From a virus, in the IMG/VR virus record IMGVR_UViG_3300048818_000230, positions 1-64,000 of that record: a stretch of 64,000 nt of DNA, one strand, 5' to 3'. A program made the position numbers and the translations under genes. Shown here piece after piece: positions 26,791 through 36,332 of the stretch (the stretch's first letter is position 1; every line of letters begins with the position of its first letter). Under the pieces are notes generated by a model. It was not told where the DNA came from, made no database searches, and saw nothing but the letters and a program-made list of their open reading frames with translations.

Positions 26791-27300
26791 ATGGCCGATC
26801 TCCCCGAGACTCGCCCCGATTCTGGCTTCTCGCGAACTGGGTGGACGCCGGAAATGCGCGAGCGCAAGAGAGAGATAGCTTTGCGGCTCGTCGCCGATGG
26901 CAAGTTCGGCGGCGCTGTGGCAGGACGTCTCGGTGGCTACCGCACGCATCAGGCGTATCACCGCAAGGTGCTCATGCAGGAAGCGGTCGCCGAGAATGCT
27001 CGGAAGAACACCCAGGGCATCATCAAAGCGCTCGAGGGGATGCTCAACTCCGGCGACAAGCGGATCCAGCTCGAGGCCATTCGTGAGTACCGCGCCGTCG
27101 AGGACTGGACGCAGAAGAATCTGCGCGAGGAAGAGCGCGAGCTGCGCAACCTCAAGGGAGACGAGCTCGACGACGCGCTGAAGGACGCTCTCGCCTCGGT
27201 GCTTGGCGTCGACCTCGCTCTGCTCGAGTCGATCGATGGCGAGGCCGAGGAGATCGATGAGCAGGGCGAGCTGGTGAGCAGTGTCGACGACAACGAATAG
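26791..27300 (+). CDS. putative terminase small subunit
   Basis: Immediately upstream of and overlapping TerL. Basic N-terminal half, acidic coiled C-terminus. Assigned by position only. Confidence 0.45.
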   Translation: MADLPETRPDSGFSRTGWTPEMRERKREIALRLVADGKFGGAVAGRLGGYRTHQAYHRKVLMQEAVAENARKNTQGIIKALEGMLNSGDKRIQLEAIREYRAVEDWTQKNLREEERELRNLKGDELDDALKDALASVLGVDLALLESIDGEAEEIDEQGELVSSVDDNE

Positions 27301-29164
27301 CCTCGGCATCGACGTAGAAGCGCTCCGTGAGCTTCTGCCGACACTCGACGACGAGGGCAAGCGCCGGCTGCTGAGCAAGATCAACGTTCTTACGAAGGAT
27401 AAGCGTGGAACGCCAGCGGAAGCCGCGCGCCGCATTCCGACGACCGATGATGAACTTCATGCCTTTATCCTGCGGGAGACTGGCTACGACATCCCACGCG
27501 TTGCCGTATGCCCTGATCATCAGGCACCATTTGACTTCGTCGCAGATGCTTTTTTTGAGCGTTATGACGCGCTGTTTCTCTTAGGGTCACGCAGCTTGGG
27601 AAAAACGATCTCAGTCTCTCTAGTGCACTGGGTAAATGCTGAGGTGAGACCGGGCGCGACCGCATGTACGTTCGGCGCTATCGAATCACAGGCAGAGCGT
27701 GCTTACGCTCACGTGAAGTCGTTCGTGTATACGACCGACATGAACGGCCACAAGACACTAAACCCTCAGATGGTCGGTGAACCGCTGCGCAAGAAGACCG
27801 AATGGAAGACTGGTTCGACCATAGAAATTCTGGTTGGGTCGAAGAGCGGCGTGAACTCGCCGCATCCGCATAAGGTGCATGCAGACGAGGTTGACCTCAT
27901 GGACGAGGAAGTTTGGAACGAGAGTAGGTCGATGGCCAGCGGTAGTGTGGTAAATGGAAAGCGCATCGCGGCGCAAAACTTTGCGACCTCTACGCTGAAG
28001 TCAGCTAACGGTCTAGTGGCTAGCATTCTCAAGGAATGCGCGGATTCAGACGAGAAGGGATTTGTTCCTCCTTGGAAAATTTACCGGAGCTGCTGTTTTG
28101 AGAGCGCTGAGGAAGTTCCCAACTGCCAGTGCGCTCCAGAGGATGAACGTAGAGCGCGTCTAACGGAGCTGAATCTGGACCCAGATAGTCGTTGCGAATG
28201 TGACAGAATTGTGAAAGGTGAATGGGGTGAGGACAACCCTCGCACACTCGCCTCGGTATGCAAAGGCAAGTTTTTTCGCTCGCGTGGTTGGATGGTTCAC
28301 AACGACGTGATGCAGAAGTTCATGCAGAACACTCGCATCGTCTGGGACGCGCAGATGGAATGTCGTCGCCCGATGGCTGATGGGCTCTACCTTGAAGGAT
28401 GGGTCAGAGAACGGTTTTGCGTGAAGAATTGGGCGCCGAAGCCTGAGTACGGGAGCGTGTTTACTGCGACTGACTGGGGAGGCGGTGCGGAGAGCGCTGT
28501 CCTTTGGATACAAGGCCCGCTGCGTGTGCCTGTGCAGATTGCCGGAGTTGGTGGTGAACTGGTGACTGTCCCGAAGGGAGCGCACGTTACCTTCGACGAA
28601 TACCTCAAGGCTGGTATCGGAGCAACGAAGCTCGCCGACGAGGTATGCGCCCGAGAGGTCTACTGGCGACGTAGGGTCCAAGGCTTCCGAGTTGCAGCGC
28701 GCTTCGCCGATATGGCAGGGCGCCAGCAACGTGACGATTGGCGTGAGCACACTCCGCCGCTGCGCACCGTCTGGTGGCTCAGCTCGCGTGACTTCGATCC
28801 GCAAGTTGAGTCGCTTCAGGATCTGGTTGGCGACGGCCACTACTGGGTGGACATCGATCGTTGCTCTCGTCATTGCGACGATATCGAGTCCTGGAGACAG
28901 AAAAATGGTAGAGAAATTCACGACGCCTCGAGCCATTCCTGCGCTGCGGCGCGCTACGGCCATGCGTCGATAGTTTCGCGCGAGTTGCGGCGAGGTAACA
29001 GGGAGCAAAGCAGAGCTGTGGATCCGGTGGTTGTCCAACGCGGTGAAGCTAGCGCACCGTCCGCTATGGCTCACGCCGGTGATGGTTTTGATGGCGAGCG
29101 CCGTTGGCGTGAGCAGGTAGGGCAATACTTCCCCGATAGGAGCCCAGGCCCATGGCAACGATAA
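27281..29164 (+). CDS. terL: terminase large subunit
   Basis: Walker A LLGSRSLGKT, Walker B KVHADEVDLMDE, C-terminal nuclease-like region. Followed by the portal gene. Confidence 0.85.
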   Translation: MSTTTNSLGIDVEALRELLPTLDDEGKRRLLSKINVLTKDKRGTPAEAARRIPTTDDELHAFILRETGYDIPRVAVCPDHQAPFDFVADAFFERYDALFLLGSRSLGKTISVSLVHWVNAEVRPGATACTFGAIESQAERAYAHVKSFVYTTDMNGHKTLNPQMVGEPLRKKTEWKTGSTIEILVGSKSGVNSPHPHKVHADEVDLMDEEVWNESRSMASGSVVNGKRIAAQNFATSTLKSANGLVASILKECADSDEKGFVPPWKIYRSCCFESAEEVPNCQCAPEDERRARLTELNLDPDSRCECDRIVKGEWGEDNPRTLASVCKGKFFRSRGWMVHNDVMQKFMQNTRIVWDAQMECRRPMADGLYLEGWVRERFCVKNWAPKPEYGSVFTATDWGGGAESAVLWIQGPLRVPVQIAGVGGELVTVPKGAHVTFDEYLKAGIGATKLADEVCAREVYWRRRVQGFRVAARFADMAGRQQRDDWREHTPPLRTVWWLSSRDFDPQVESLQDLVGDGHYWVDIDRCSRHCDDIESWRQKNGREIHDASSHSCAAARYGHASIVSRELRRGNREQSRAVDPVVVQRGEASAPSAMAHAGDGFDGERRWREQVGQYFPDRSPGPWQR

Positions 29165-32100
29165 GCGTTGGCGATCTTGCATCGTTGGATCCGGTTCTCA
29201 CGCAGGCGACGGAAGGTCCATCGCCGACGCAGGAGAAGGTCATCGAGGCCACGAACGCCGTGGGCATCAAGACTCGTGTGGCGGAAGCTGCGGCAGCAGG
29301 CCCGACGACGCGGCAGCGTACACAGTCAGAGATTCTCGACCTCGAACTCGTCCGCTGGCGTCGCAACGATCCCTTCAGCGTTCGCCATATCCCCTTCGAT
29401 CAGCTCCGCGAGATGACCACCGATCTGATGCTGGGATTCGGGTGGTTCTTTACGGTCGCACCGTTGTGTCGTGCGGATTGGTTGATCGAATGTCCAGACG
29501 CGCAATTGGCAGCGGCTGTGGATGCAGCTTTCAGGCCAATCTCCACTGCGACGTATCTGAACTTCTCCAACGTTCTGTGGTATGGGCATCAGCCGCTCGT
29601 CAAGCGCTTCAAGCTAGCAAAGCTAGGCGGGTATTACCGCGACCCGCAGGCTGCGGATCCAAGCAAGGACATCCCGATTTGGACATCGAGTGCAGATGCT
29701 CTCTTGTGGAAGACACCGATGGCGGTCAATCCATCCCACTGTCTTCCGATGTGGGACGACGACGGCGACATGATTGGTTTCAAGTTCTCCACTCTCCCGA
29801 TCCCAAACTTCGATCTGATCAGCGCTGCTAGCGCGTACGGCTACATGGTCATTTCGGGAAGTGTCATCGACGATGATTACGCTCTGTGGCCAACGAATGA
29901 GGCTGAGTTGAACTTCGGATCCATCTACGGTTCACCGAGAACGAAGCGTGCATATCGCTACTGGTGGTGTAACCCGCCTGAGACTCCGATCCTTATGAGC
30001 GACTATACGCTACGTCCGCTCGGCAGCATTGAGGAGGGCGACGAGATCATCGGTTGGGAGCCAAAGATGGGCCGACGTGCATCTGGTTTGTATGCGCCTC
30101 GTGTTTGCATGACAAAGTCCATAGTCACAGCCGTGTCGAAGCGTGCAAAGCAAAAGATGGTCAAGGTTACGTTCGAGTCGGGCCATGTGATTCGCTGTAC
30201 TCCGAATCATGTCTGGAATCTGCATCCAACTGCTCAGAATAATGTCAGGCCAGGTAGGGATTCGGAGTGGGGGGTTGTCGAGGTTGGTCGCGAGATCAGT
30301 CGAGTCATTGATCTTCATGCCGGCGAACGTCCCTTCATCTACGAAGCTCTTGATGAGGAACAACAGATCGCTGCCAATTGGCTTGGGGGGCTGTATGACG
30401 GTGAAGGAAGTGGTGCTTTCATCGGACAATCAGAAAGTCACAATGGCCCTGTTCGCGAGCGCATGAAAGAATCATTGGACCTGCTGGGCTTTCAATACAC
30501 GTGTAATCCAGATTCATTCTGGATCAAGGGCGGCCGTGAAGAGTTGATGCGATTCGCTCGCCTCACACGTCCTACTCGCGTTTATGCGATGGATCGTCTT
30601 ATCATCGACAACAATAGTGCCAGCGGTGGTGGGTTTCGTTTTCGTCGCCCAGACAAGATCGTTTCCATCGAGCCTGACGGCGAGGATGTGGCGATTGGTC
30701 TTACGACAACTACGGGAAATTACATAGCGTGGGGTCTTGCGTCGAAGAACTCATACTGGTATCGCTGGGCTCTTGCCGATCGCGCGTTCGAGAACCACGT
30801 CGATCCGGCTAAGATCGTCTACTACCCAACTGACTTTGAAGAGTTCCTCGACAGCGAAGACAACCCGACCAATCAGATTACTCTGGCGCGCGAGAAGGCC
30901 ATCAGGCTTGGCGAAGCCACACGCTCAGGAGCTACGATTGCACTGCCTGCAGACTTCATCGAAGGGCCGGATGGTAAGCCAACTTCTGCCCGCAAATGGG
31001 AGATCACTCCGTACGCCTCGGGCCAGCAGCACTTCTCAGATCTCGATCAGACCTTCGCGCACCTCGACACGCTGAAGCTGCGGGCGTGGTTGATTCCTGA
31101 GCAGGCCTTCATCGAGGGAAGAGGGGCCTGTCTCCTAAAGACGACTCTGATACTAGCACCTCGAGATCACGATCTCTACCCAGACGGCATCCCCATGGAA
31201 GAGCTCAAGGATGGCCAGCTCGTCTGGTCCTATAACGAGCACGAAGCGCGCTTCCAACTGTGGCCCATCAAGGAAGTCGGCCCCACGAAGACGGACGATG
31301 TCTTCAAGCTCACGCTCGATAACGGTCAGACGATCACGGGGACTGCTGATCATCCCTTCATGCGTCGTGATGGTCGCTGGACAACGCTCGCGCTACTGAA
31401 GCCCGGCGACTCGCTGATGCCACTCTACGAGAAGATCGATCATGAGAAGCAGTACAACGGAAAGCCGATCAAGGAAGGCGATTCAGAGCCGTGGATTGCG
31501 GTTGGCCCCGGAAAGATCTACACGCCTGAGTTCAGGGCGGTGGGAGATCATTTTGGTTGGACGCGTCAGGGCCAAGGATTTGGCATCCATCACAAGGACG
31601 AACGTCACGCCAACTCGTCGATCGAGAATCTCGTCTTTCTGACTAACGGCGCACATACGGCTGAGCACTTCAAGAATCCTGAGTTCGCAGCTCGTCACAG
31701 CGAACTTGGTTCTGCTGCGATGGCTGAGTTCCAAGCTGGGAATACGCCTGTGGAGAATTTCGAGTTCGCTTCTGCGCGATCTCAGAAGGGCTGGGACAAC
31801 GGACGCACGAAGCAGCGCTGGAAGGACAAGGCTTGCGCGACGTGCGGGACGATGTTCACGCCGAATTCTGCACGCCAGAAGTATTGCGCGGATCACTCGG
31901 CGAAGATCCAGAAGAACGAAGCCACTCCGTATCAGGGGCGCATCAAGACGCCGCGGCCGTACAAGCTGAAGGACTGCATCGATTGCGGCAACGCTTTCTA
32001 TCCGACGAGTGGCGTGCAGAAGCGCTGCGAGGAATGCCAGGTCGCCTACAAGAAGAACTTCTCGCGCGACCGCAGGCTCGCCGAGATCTCTGATAACGCT

Positions 32101-33684
32101 CCCAACAACCACAAGGTCGTCTCAGTCGAGTACGCCGGCGTCGCAGAGGTCTGGGATATCATCATGGATGCTCCGGCGCACTGCAAGAACTATGTCGCCG
32201 AGGGCGTCGTCGTCCACAACACTTCGAGCCGCCTGATCGCCACTCAGCTCGGCGAGGTCTACCAAGAGTCTCAGCAGTTGCTGCTTGACGGCTGGGATGC
32301 CTATGTATCCGAGCACATGTTCCCGCAGTTCATCGCGGCGAACTTCCCGGAGAAGATTGGCACTCCCTGTCGGCGTGTCTCGAGCGGTCTCGGCGCGATC
32401 GACGAGCAGCTTCGCCAAACCGTGCTGACGTTGATCGGTCAGGTTCGAGGCAACGTGCTGCCTGTCGATATGCGCACGTTGCTGGCGCAGAGCGGAATCC
32501 CGCTGCTCAACGAGGCGCAGATGCGCCAGGAAATGAAGAACATCGCTGAGCTTTCGGCCGCCACAGGACCACCCGTTACTCCTCCTTCTGGGCAGGGACT
32601 CCAGGGTTACAACGCCGGTGTCGAACGCGTTGGCGTCGTGCGCACGCCGATGGGCGAGTCCCGTTATGAGACTCGTTACTTCCAACCGCCGCAGAGGATC
32701 CTTCTGGCCGAGTCCGATGGCTTCATGAATGAGCTGCCAGACACTCCCCACTACCGCGATGCCGGAGTACGCTCGGCGATCGTGCGGCTACGGAGGCTTT
32801 TCGTCGAGCGCTACAGCGATCAGTACGCCTCGTTCGCGAAGTTCTTGGAGGCTCAGCCAACCCTTCATCTCGCTGACGCTACGCAGCCGCAGGGCGTCTC
32901 TCAGGGCAACGCCAAGACAGCAGCAGCCGCGATCATCGCTGCGTGGGCTGCTGCGAATGCTCCTGGTGTCGTCGGCTCTCCGATCGAGGCGATCGGGACC
33001 GCAGGATCGACGGCGGCGAAGATGTCAGACCTCATCGGCAAGATCGGGCTCGCTGGTGGTGTCGGCGCACTGAAGGGAGCTCGACTCGACGCTGAGGACT
33101 TCGGCGCCGGCGTCTTGAAGCCGTGGGTGCAGCAGCGAGTCGGTAGCTCGCTCTCTTCGATCGACGATACCGTGCGTTCAGAAGCACAGAACTGGCTCGA
33201 GGATCAGCTCCAGCAGAGCGTGGATCCGCGCGCGGTAGCTGCTGCAGCCAAAGAGCACTTCGCTGATTTTCCGGCTACCCATGCTGATCGTGTGGCTCGT
33301 ACGGAAGTCCGCGATGCCTACAATCGCGGCACGCTCGAGGCTCTTCATCTCGCCGGCGTCGAACAGGTCCAGGCTCACGATGCTTCCGATGGCTCGAACG
33401 AGTTGACCGACGCTGAATGTCTGGCCAGAGACGGCAAGATCATGGGCGTGCAAGACGCGATGAGCGCTGATGAACACCCGAATGGGACGCTGTGGTTCAG
33501 CCCGCTCTCGACTGATCATCTGCGCGTCGAGCGCGTCGACGAGCTGCCGCTGCACCTCGACCAGAACGGTGCTCAGGTTGCCTACGACTCGCGCGAAGAG
33601 ATCCTCTACCTCCTGAGCGACGTCGACGCTGAGCATGAACGCATGTATCTGCTCATGCTGGGCGACCAGATCAGCTATCGCTGA
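29152..33684 (+). CDS. portal protein (Mu gp29/DUF935-like) fused to a MuF-like head morphogenesis domain, interrupted by two inteins
   Basis: Follows TerL. Extein is 885 aa after removing the inteins. C-terminal HADRVARTEVRDAYNRG...ECLARDGKIM...HPNG resembles the Phage_Mu_F domain. Confidence 0.75.
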   Translation: MATISVGDLASLDPVLTQATEGPSPTQEKVIEATNAVGIKTRVAEAAAAGPTTRQRTQSEILDLELVRWRRNDPFSVRHIPFDQLREMTTDLMLGFGWFFTVAPLCRADWLIECPDAQLAAAVDAAFRPISTATYLNFSNVLWYGHQPLVKRFKLAKLGGYYRDPQAADPSKDIPIWTSSADALLWKTPMAVNPSHCLPMWDDDGDMIGFKFSTLPIPNFDLISAASAYGYMVISGSVIDDDYALWPTNEAELNFGSIYGSPRTKRAYRYWWCNPPETPILMSDYTLRPLGSIEEGDEIIGWEPKMGRRASGLYAPRVCMTKSIVTAVSKRAKQKMVKVTFESGHVIRCTPNHVWNLHPTAQNNVRPGRDSEWGVVEVGREISRVIDLHAGERPFIYEALDEEQQIAANWLGGLYDGEGSGAFIGQSESHNGPVRERMKESLDLLGFQYTCNPDSFWIKGGREELMRFARLTRPTRVYAMDRLIIDNNSASGGGFRFRRPDKIVSIEPDGEDVAIGLTTTTGNYIAWGLASKNSYWYRWALADRAFENHVDPAKIVYYPTDFEEFLDSEDNPTNQITLAREKAIRLGEATRSGATIALPADFIEGPDGKPTSARKWEITPYASGQQHFSDLDQTFAHLDTLKLRAWLIPEQAFIEGRGACLLKTTLILAPRDHDLYPDGIPMEELKDGQLVWSYNEHEARFQLWPIKEVGPTKTDDVFKLTLDNGQTITGTADHPFMRRDGRWTTLALLKPGDSLMPLYEKIDHEKQYNGKPIKEGDSEPWIAVGPGKIYTPEFRAVGDHFGWTRQGQGFGIHHKDERHANSSIENLVFLTNGAHTAEHFKNPEFAARHSELGSAAMAEFQAGNTPVENFEFASARSQKGWDNGRTKQRWKDKACATCGTMFTPNSARQKYCADHSAKIQKNEATPYQGRIKTPRPYKLKDCIDCGNAFYPTSGVQKRCEECQVAYKKNFSRDRRLAEISDNAPNNHKVVSVEYAGVAEVWDIIMDAPAHCKNYVAEGVVVHNTSSRLIATQLGEVYQESQQLLLDGWDAYVSEHMFPQFIAANFPEKIGTPCRRVSSGLGAIDEQLRQTVLTLIGQVRGNVLPVDMRTLLAQSGIPLLNEAQMRQEMKNIAELSAATGPPVTPPSGQGLQGYNAGVERVGVVRTPMGESRYETRYFQPPQRILLAESDGFMNELPDTPHYRDAGVRSAIVRLRRLFVERYSDQYASFAKFLEAQPTLHLADATQPQGVSQGNAKTAAAAIIAAWAAANAPGVVGSPIEAIGTAGSTAAKMSDLIGKIGLAGGVGALKGARLDAEDFGAGVLKPWVQQRVGSSLSSIDDTVRSEAQNWLEDQLQQSVDPRAVAAAAKEHFADFPATHADRVARTEVRDAYNRGTLEALHLAGVEQVQAHDASDGSNELTDAECLARDGKIMGVQDAMSADEHPNGTLWFSPLSTDHLRVERVDELPLHLDQNGAQVAYDSREEILYLLSDVDAEHERMYLLMLGDQISYR
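29968..30750 (+). mobile_element. intein 1 in portal (261 aa), single LAGLIDADG-like motif, penultimate Lys
   Basis: CNPPETPILMSDYT (block A), RCTPNHVW (block B), WLGGLYDGEGS, DVAIGLTTTTGNYIAWGLASKN then +1 Ser. Confidence 0.7.
31129..32220 (+). mobile_element. intein 2 in portal (364 aa) carrying an HNH endonuclease and Cys4 zinc-ribbon repeats
   Basis: CLLKTTLILA, GTADHPFM (block B), GIHHKDERHANSSIENLVFLTNGAHTAEH (HNH), CATCG...CADH and CIDCG...CEEC, EGVVVHN then +1 Thr. Confidence 0.8.
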
Positions 33685-33693
33685 GGATTTCAG

Positions 33694-33722
33694 TTGCTGT
33701 CGGAATAGCTTTTCGGTATGCT
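33694..33722 (+). promoter_or_regulatory. promoter TTGCTG-N17-TATGCT
   Basis: Counted directly, 10 nt after the portal stop. Confidence 0.45.
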
Positions 33723-33768
33723 GTAGCACGCAATTCGCGTCATGCGATGCAGACCGAAAGGAACCCTT

Positions 33769-34188
33769 ATGAGCACTGTTCTGGACAATTTCAACAGCGA
33801 GCTGACCAAGCGTTTGGCGGAGCTCGAGCCGATGGTCGAAGAGCATCGTCAACTCTCCGCGATCGCCGAGAAGCTCGGCACCATCCCGACGTCATCCAAC
33901 GGCCACACCGCTCCCAAGCGTGAGCGCGCTGCGCGGAAGCCCGCTGGCGCCCCCACGGGCAAGCGCGGTCGTCCCGCTGGCAGCGGCAAGCGTGGTCTCG
34001 AAGTCATCGAGGTCATCAAGACCAATCCGGGGATCACGGTCACCGGCATCGCCGAGAAGCTCGCGATCAAGCCGAACTACCTCTACCGGGTCCTCCCCGG
34101 CCTCGAGAAGGCTGGCCAAGTCGTCAAGGACGGCAAGGGCTACCGCGAGCACACAAGTAGCGATGAGGTTGCTTCAATAGCAGCTTAG
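33769..34188 (+). CDS. winged-helix DNA-binding protein
   Basis: GAAAGGA RBS. C-terminal EVIKTNPGITVTGIAEKLAIKPNYLYRVLPGLEKAGQVVKDGKGY is MarR-like wHTH. Basic AT-hook-like KRGRPAGSGKRG. Confidence 0.55.
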   Translation: MSTVLDNFNSELTKRLAELEPMVEEHRQLSAIAEKLGTIPTSSNGHTAPKRERAARKPAGAPTGKRGRPAGSGKRGLEVIEVIKTNPGITVTGIAEKLAIKPNYLYRVLPGLEKAGQVVKDGKGYREHTSSDEVASIAA

Positions 34189-34198
34189 GTGGTAAGCT
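34169..34198 (+). promoter_or_regulatory. promoter TTGCTT-N18-TAAGCT; GTG 34205 lies 6 nt after the -10 (leaderless-type)
   Basis: Counted directly. Confidence 0.45.
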
Positions 34199-34204
34199 GT
34201 AGCG

Positions 34205-34402
34205 GTGAGTTGTCTCAGCAGCGACCTCACCGTGCGGCAATTCGATCGTCTCGGCACGCTTGAGAAATACGTGCCGTCTTGTCGCATCGTCGGGTATCGC
34301 AGGTGGGATGACCTTCATATCTCTCCGCTCGTCGCGATGCCTGGCGGCGACACGATCGAGCTCCGGCCGAATGGTCGGCTGACTCGGGATCGAGAGGTCT
34401 AA
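34205..34402 (+). CDS. hypothetical protein
   Basis: 65-aa ORF, GTG start next to the promoter. Confidence 0.4.
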   Translation: MSCLSSDLTVRQFDRLGTLEKYVPSCRIVGYRRWDDLHISPLVAMPGGDTIELRPNGRLTRDREV

Positions 34403-34596
34403 TGCGACTGTTCTTTCTGCTCCGAGGCATCTGCTTCGGCATCGCGCTCGTCGTTGCGCTGACGAGCAGTTCTTTCCTCATCGACCCCCTCACGTGGGCC
34501 TTCTGTGGTCTTTGCGCGTGGTGGCTGGATGAGGCGTTCCCAGGGCGTTTTGTGCTTGGAGCGCCGGCTCAGCAACCACAACGCCCAGTGGCCTAG
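34402..34596 (+). CDS. small membrane protein (holin-like position)
   Basis: TAATG overlap. Two hydrophobic helices (LLRGICFGIALVVAL; TWAFCGLCAWWL). Confidence 0.4.
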   Translation: MRLFFLLRGICFGIALVVALTSSSFLIDPLTWAFCGLCAWWLDEAFPGRFVLGAPAQQPQRPVA

Positions 34597-34609
34597 ACAG
34601 GAGAACAGC

Positions 34610-35020
34610 ATGATTCCGAAGCTCTCAGCGCCTCTTTCAAAAGCGATCCGCACGAGCGAGGGAATCGCTGTGTGGGCGATCAACATCGCTCTGGGTATCG
34701 CTGCTGCGATCCCTAGCACGCATCTCACGGTCAAGGAAGCAGGGATCCTCGCGACGATCACCACGGGGCTGCACGTCGCCTCGCGGACCGCGCTCAAGGT
34801 CACTGCGGTGGCCAAGGCTGCCGGACTTCCGCCAATCGCCTTCGCGCCGTCGGCTGCTCTCGCGGCTGGCGTGGCTGACGCTCCTGCGCTGGTGACCTAC
34901 GCGGCAGAAGATGCTGCTGCGGCTCCTTCAGTCGATCAGGCGATAGAGCAGGCCCAGACAGTCGTCACGGATGTCCAGGAGATCGCGTCGCCGCCTCCAG
35001 TGCCTACTCCGGTTCCATGA
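34610..35020 (+). CDS. membrane protein, holin candidate
   Basis: AGGAGAA RBS. TM helices IAVWAINIALGIAAAI and GILATITTGL. ATGA-coupled to the lysozyme gene. Confidence 0.45.
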   Translation: MIPKLSAPLSKAIRTSEGIAVWAINIALGIAAAIPSTHLTVKEAGILATITTGLHVASRTALKVTAVAKAAGLPPIAFAPSAALAAGVADAPALVTYAAEDAAAAPSVDQAIEQAQTVVTDVQEIASPPPVPTPVP

Positions 35021-35727
35021 ACATCAGCGCAGCAGGGCTGAAGCTCATCGAGTGGTTCGAGTGGGGCAACCAGTTCAACGGCGCTCCCTACCAAGACGCT
35101 GTCGGCGTGTGGACGATCGGCTATGGCCACACGCACGACGTCGGTCCGAGCACTCCGCCGATCACCCAGCAGCAAGCTGTTGTGCTGCTTCAGCAGGATG
35201 TCGATGATGAGTATGGAGCAGCCGTCAACGATCTCAGGCTGCCGCTCAACCAGAACCAATTCGATGCGACGACGAGCTTCGTCTACAACCTCGGCCCTGG
35301 TGTGCTCGAGACCTCGAGCACGTTCGGCTCGTATCTGCGCGTGCGGGACTGGGTAGCCGCTGCGAACTCGATGATGGGCTATGTCTACGCTGACGGTCGT
35401 GTTCTTCCTGGGCTCGTCACACGTCGACAGATGGAGCGTGCTCTGTTCTTGGCGCCTGTCGCGAAGCCACCGGAACCGCTCAACGTCCTGACCCACAACG
35501 AGCGTCGTCTTGTCGCTGCCTATACGCAGGCGGTCAAGCATCCGCATCTGCATGCGCATGAGCTGAAAGGGCTACGCGCTGCGCTGGTCGAGTCTCGCCA
35601 AGCTGTGTGGCTCGCCGCCGTCAAGGGACTGACTGCTGATGGGAAGCACCTGCAGCCAGGCTGGGATATCGAGAACCGCAATCAGCGCTATCGGATCCTC
35701 AGCGCTCTGATCCCAGCAACGGCATGA
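35017..35727 (+). CDS. endolysin, GH24 (T4-type) lysozyme domain
   Basis: GLKLIEWFEW...YQDAVGVWTIGYGHT gives the Glu/Asp/Thr catalytic layout of T4 lysozyme; FDATTSFVYNLG. Confidence 0.8.
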   Translation: MNISAAGLKLIEWFEWGNQFNGAPYQDAVGVWTIGYGHTHDVGPSTPPITQQQAVVLLQQDVDDEYGAAVNDLRLPLNQNQFDATTSFVYNLGPGVLETSSTFGSYLRVRDWVAAANSMMGYVYADGRVLPGLVTRRQMERALFLAPVAKPPEPLNVLTHNERRLVAAYTQAVKHPHLHAHELKGLRAALVESRQAVWLAAVKGLTADGKHLQPGWDIENRNQRYRILSALIPATA

Positions 35728-36332
35728 GCGACATCGTCGACATCATCATCGACCACCTCGCTGATCGCATCAGCGCATCTCTCCAAGCCTCTCTTCACAT
35801 CCTCAATAAGAAAGTAGATCACATGGCTGACGCACTCGTAGGTATCGCAGCGGACGAAACATCACTCGCGGCTTCGGTGCCGGCGCTGGTTAGTGCGCTC
35901 ACCGCCGCTCAGGCTGCTGCAGCTTCGGCTGCTGCTGCTCTCGCCGCGCAGATCGCGCTCGGCGTCCCTGTCAACGCGTCCGAGCTCGCCTCGATCCAGG
36001 CTGGTCTCGACACCGCGGCTGCCGAGGCAACGGCTGCTCTGCCGGTCGTGACGCCTCCCCCGCCTCCGCCTCCGGTCGTTGGACCGCCCACGGTGACGAT
36101 CGAATCGCCGACTGATGGATCAGCGTTCGCCGTCGGCCAGGTCGTGTCGACGAGCTTCGTCGCTGTCGATGGTCCCGGCGGCTCCGGCATCGCTTCTTGC
36201 GTCGATGGCGCCGGCAGCTCGAGCCCCGGCACGCTCGATACGACAGCGGCTGGATCCTTCAGCTACACGGTGACCGCGACAAGCTCCGATGGTCAGAGCA
36301 CCACGGTATCGGTCGGCTACACGGTTTCGTAG
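35724..36332 (+). CDS. Ala/Pro-rich protein with C-terminal Ig-like beta domain
   Basis: ATGA overlap. PPPPPPP linker, then TVTIESPTDGSAF...SFSYTVTATSSDGQSTTVSVGYTV. Confidence 0.5.
   Translation: MSDIVDIIIDHLADRISASLQASLHILNKKVDHMADALVGIAADETSLAASVPALVSALTAAQAAAASAAAALAAQIALGVPVNASELASIQAGLDTAAAEATAALPVVTPPPPPPPVVGPPTVTIESPTDGSAFAVGQVVSTSFVAVDGPGGSGIASCVDGAGSSSPGTLDTTAAGSFSYTVTATSSDGQSTTVSVGYTVS

Noticed and set aside
28160-29182. Long antisense ORFs on the ORF track (for example 28160..29182-, 2901..3680-, 5369..5980-, 15118..15984-, 17728..18507-, 56398..57324-, 62960..63997-)
   Set aside because: Each lies opposite a gene with strong catalytic motifs. Their translations are Arg/Ala/Pro/Gly-rich, as expected for off-frame readings of GC-rich DNA. 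None has a recognisable motif or RBS.
29152-33684. The 1510-aa ORF as a giant multidomain toxin or polymorphic protein
   Set aside because: Its size is fully explained by two inteins with clear A, B, F and G blocks, plus a portal-MuF fusion.
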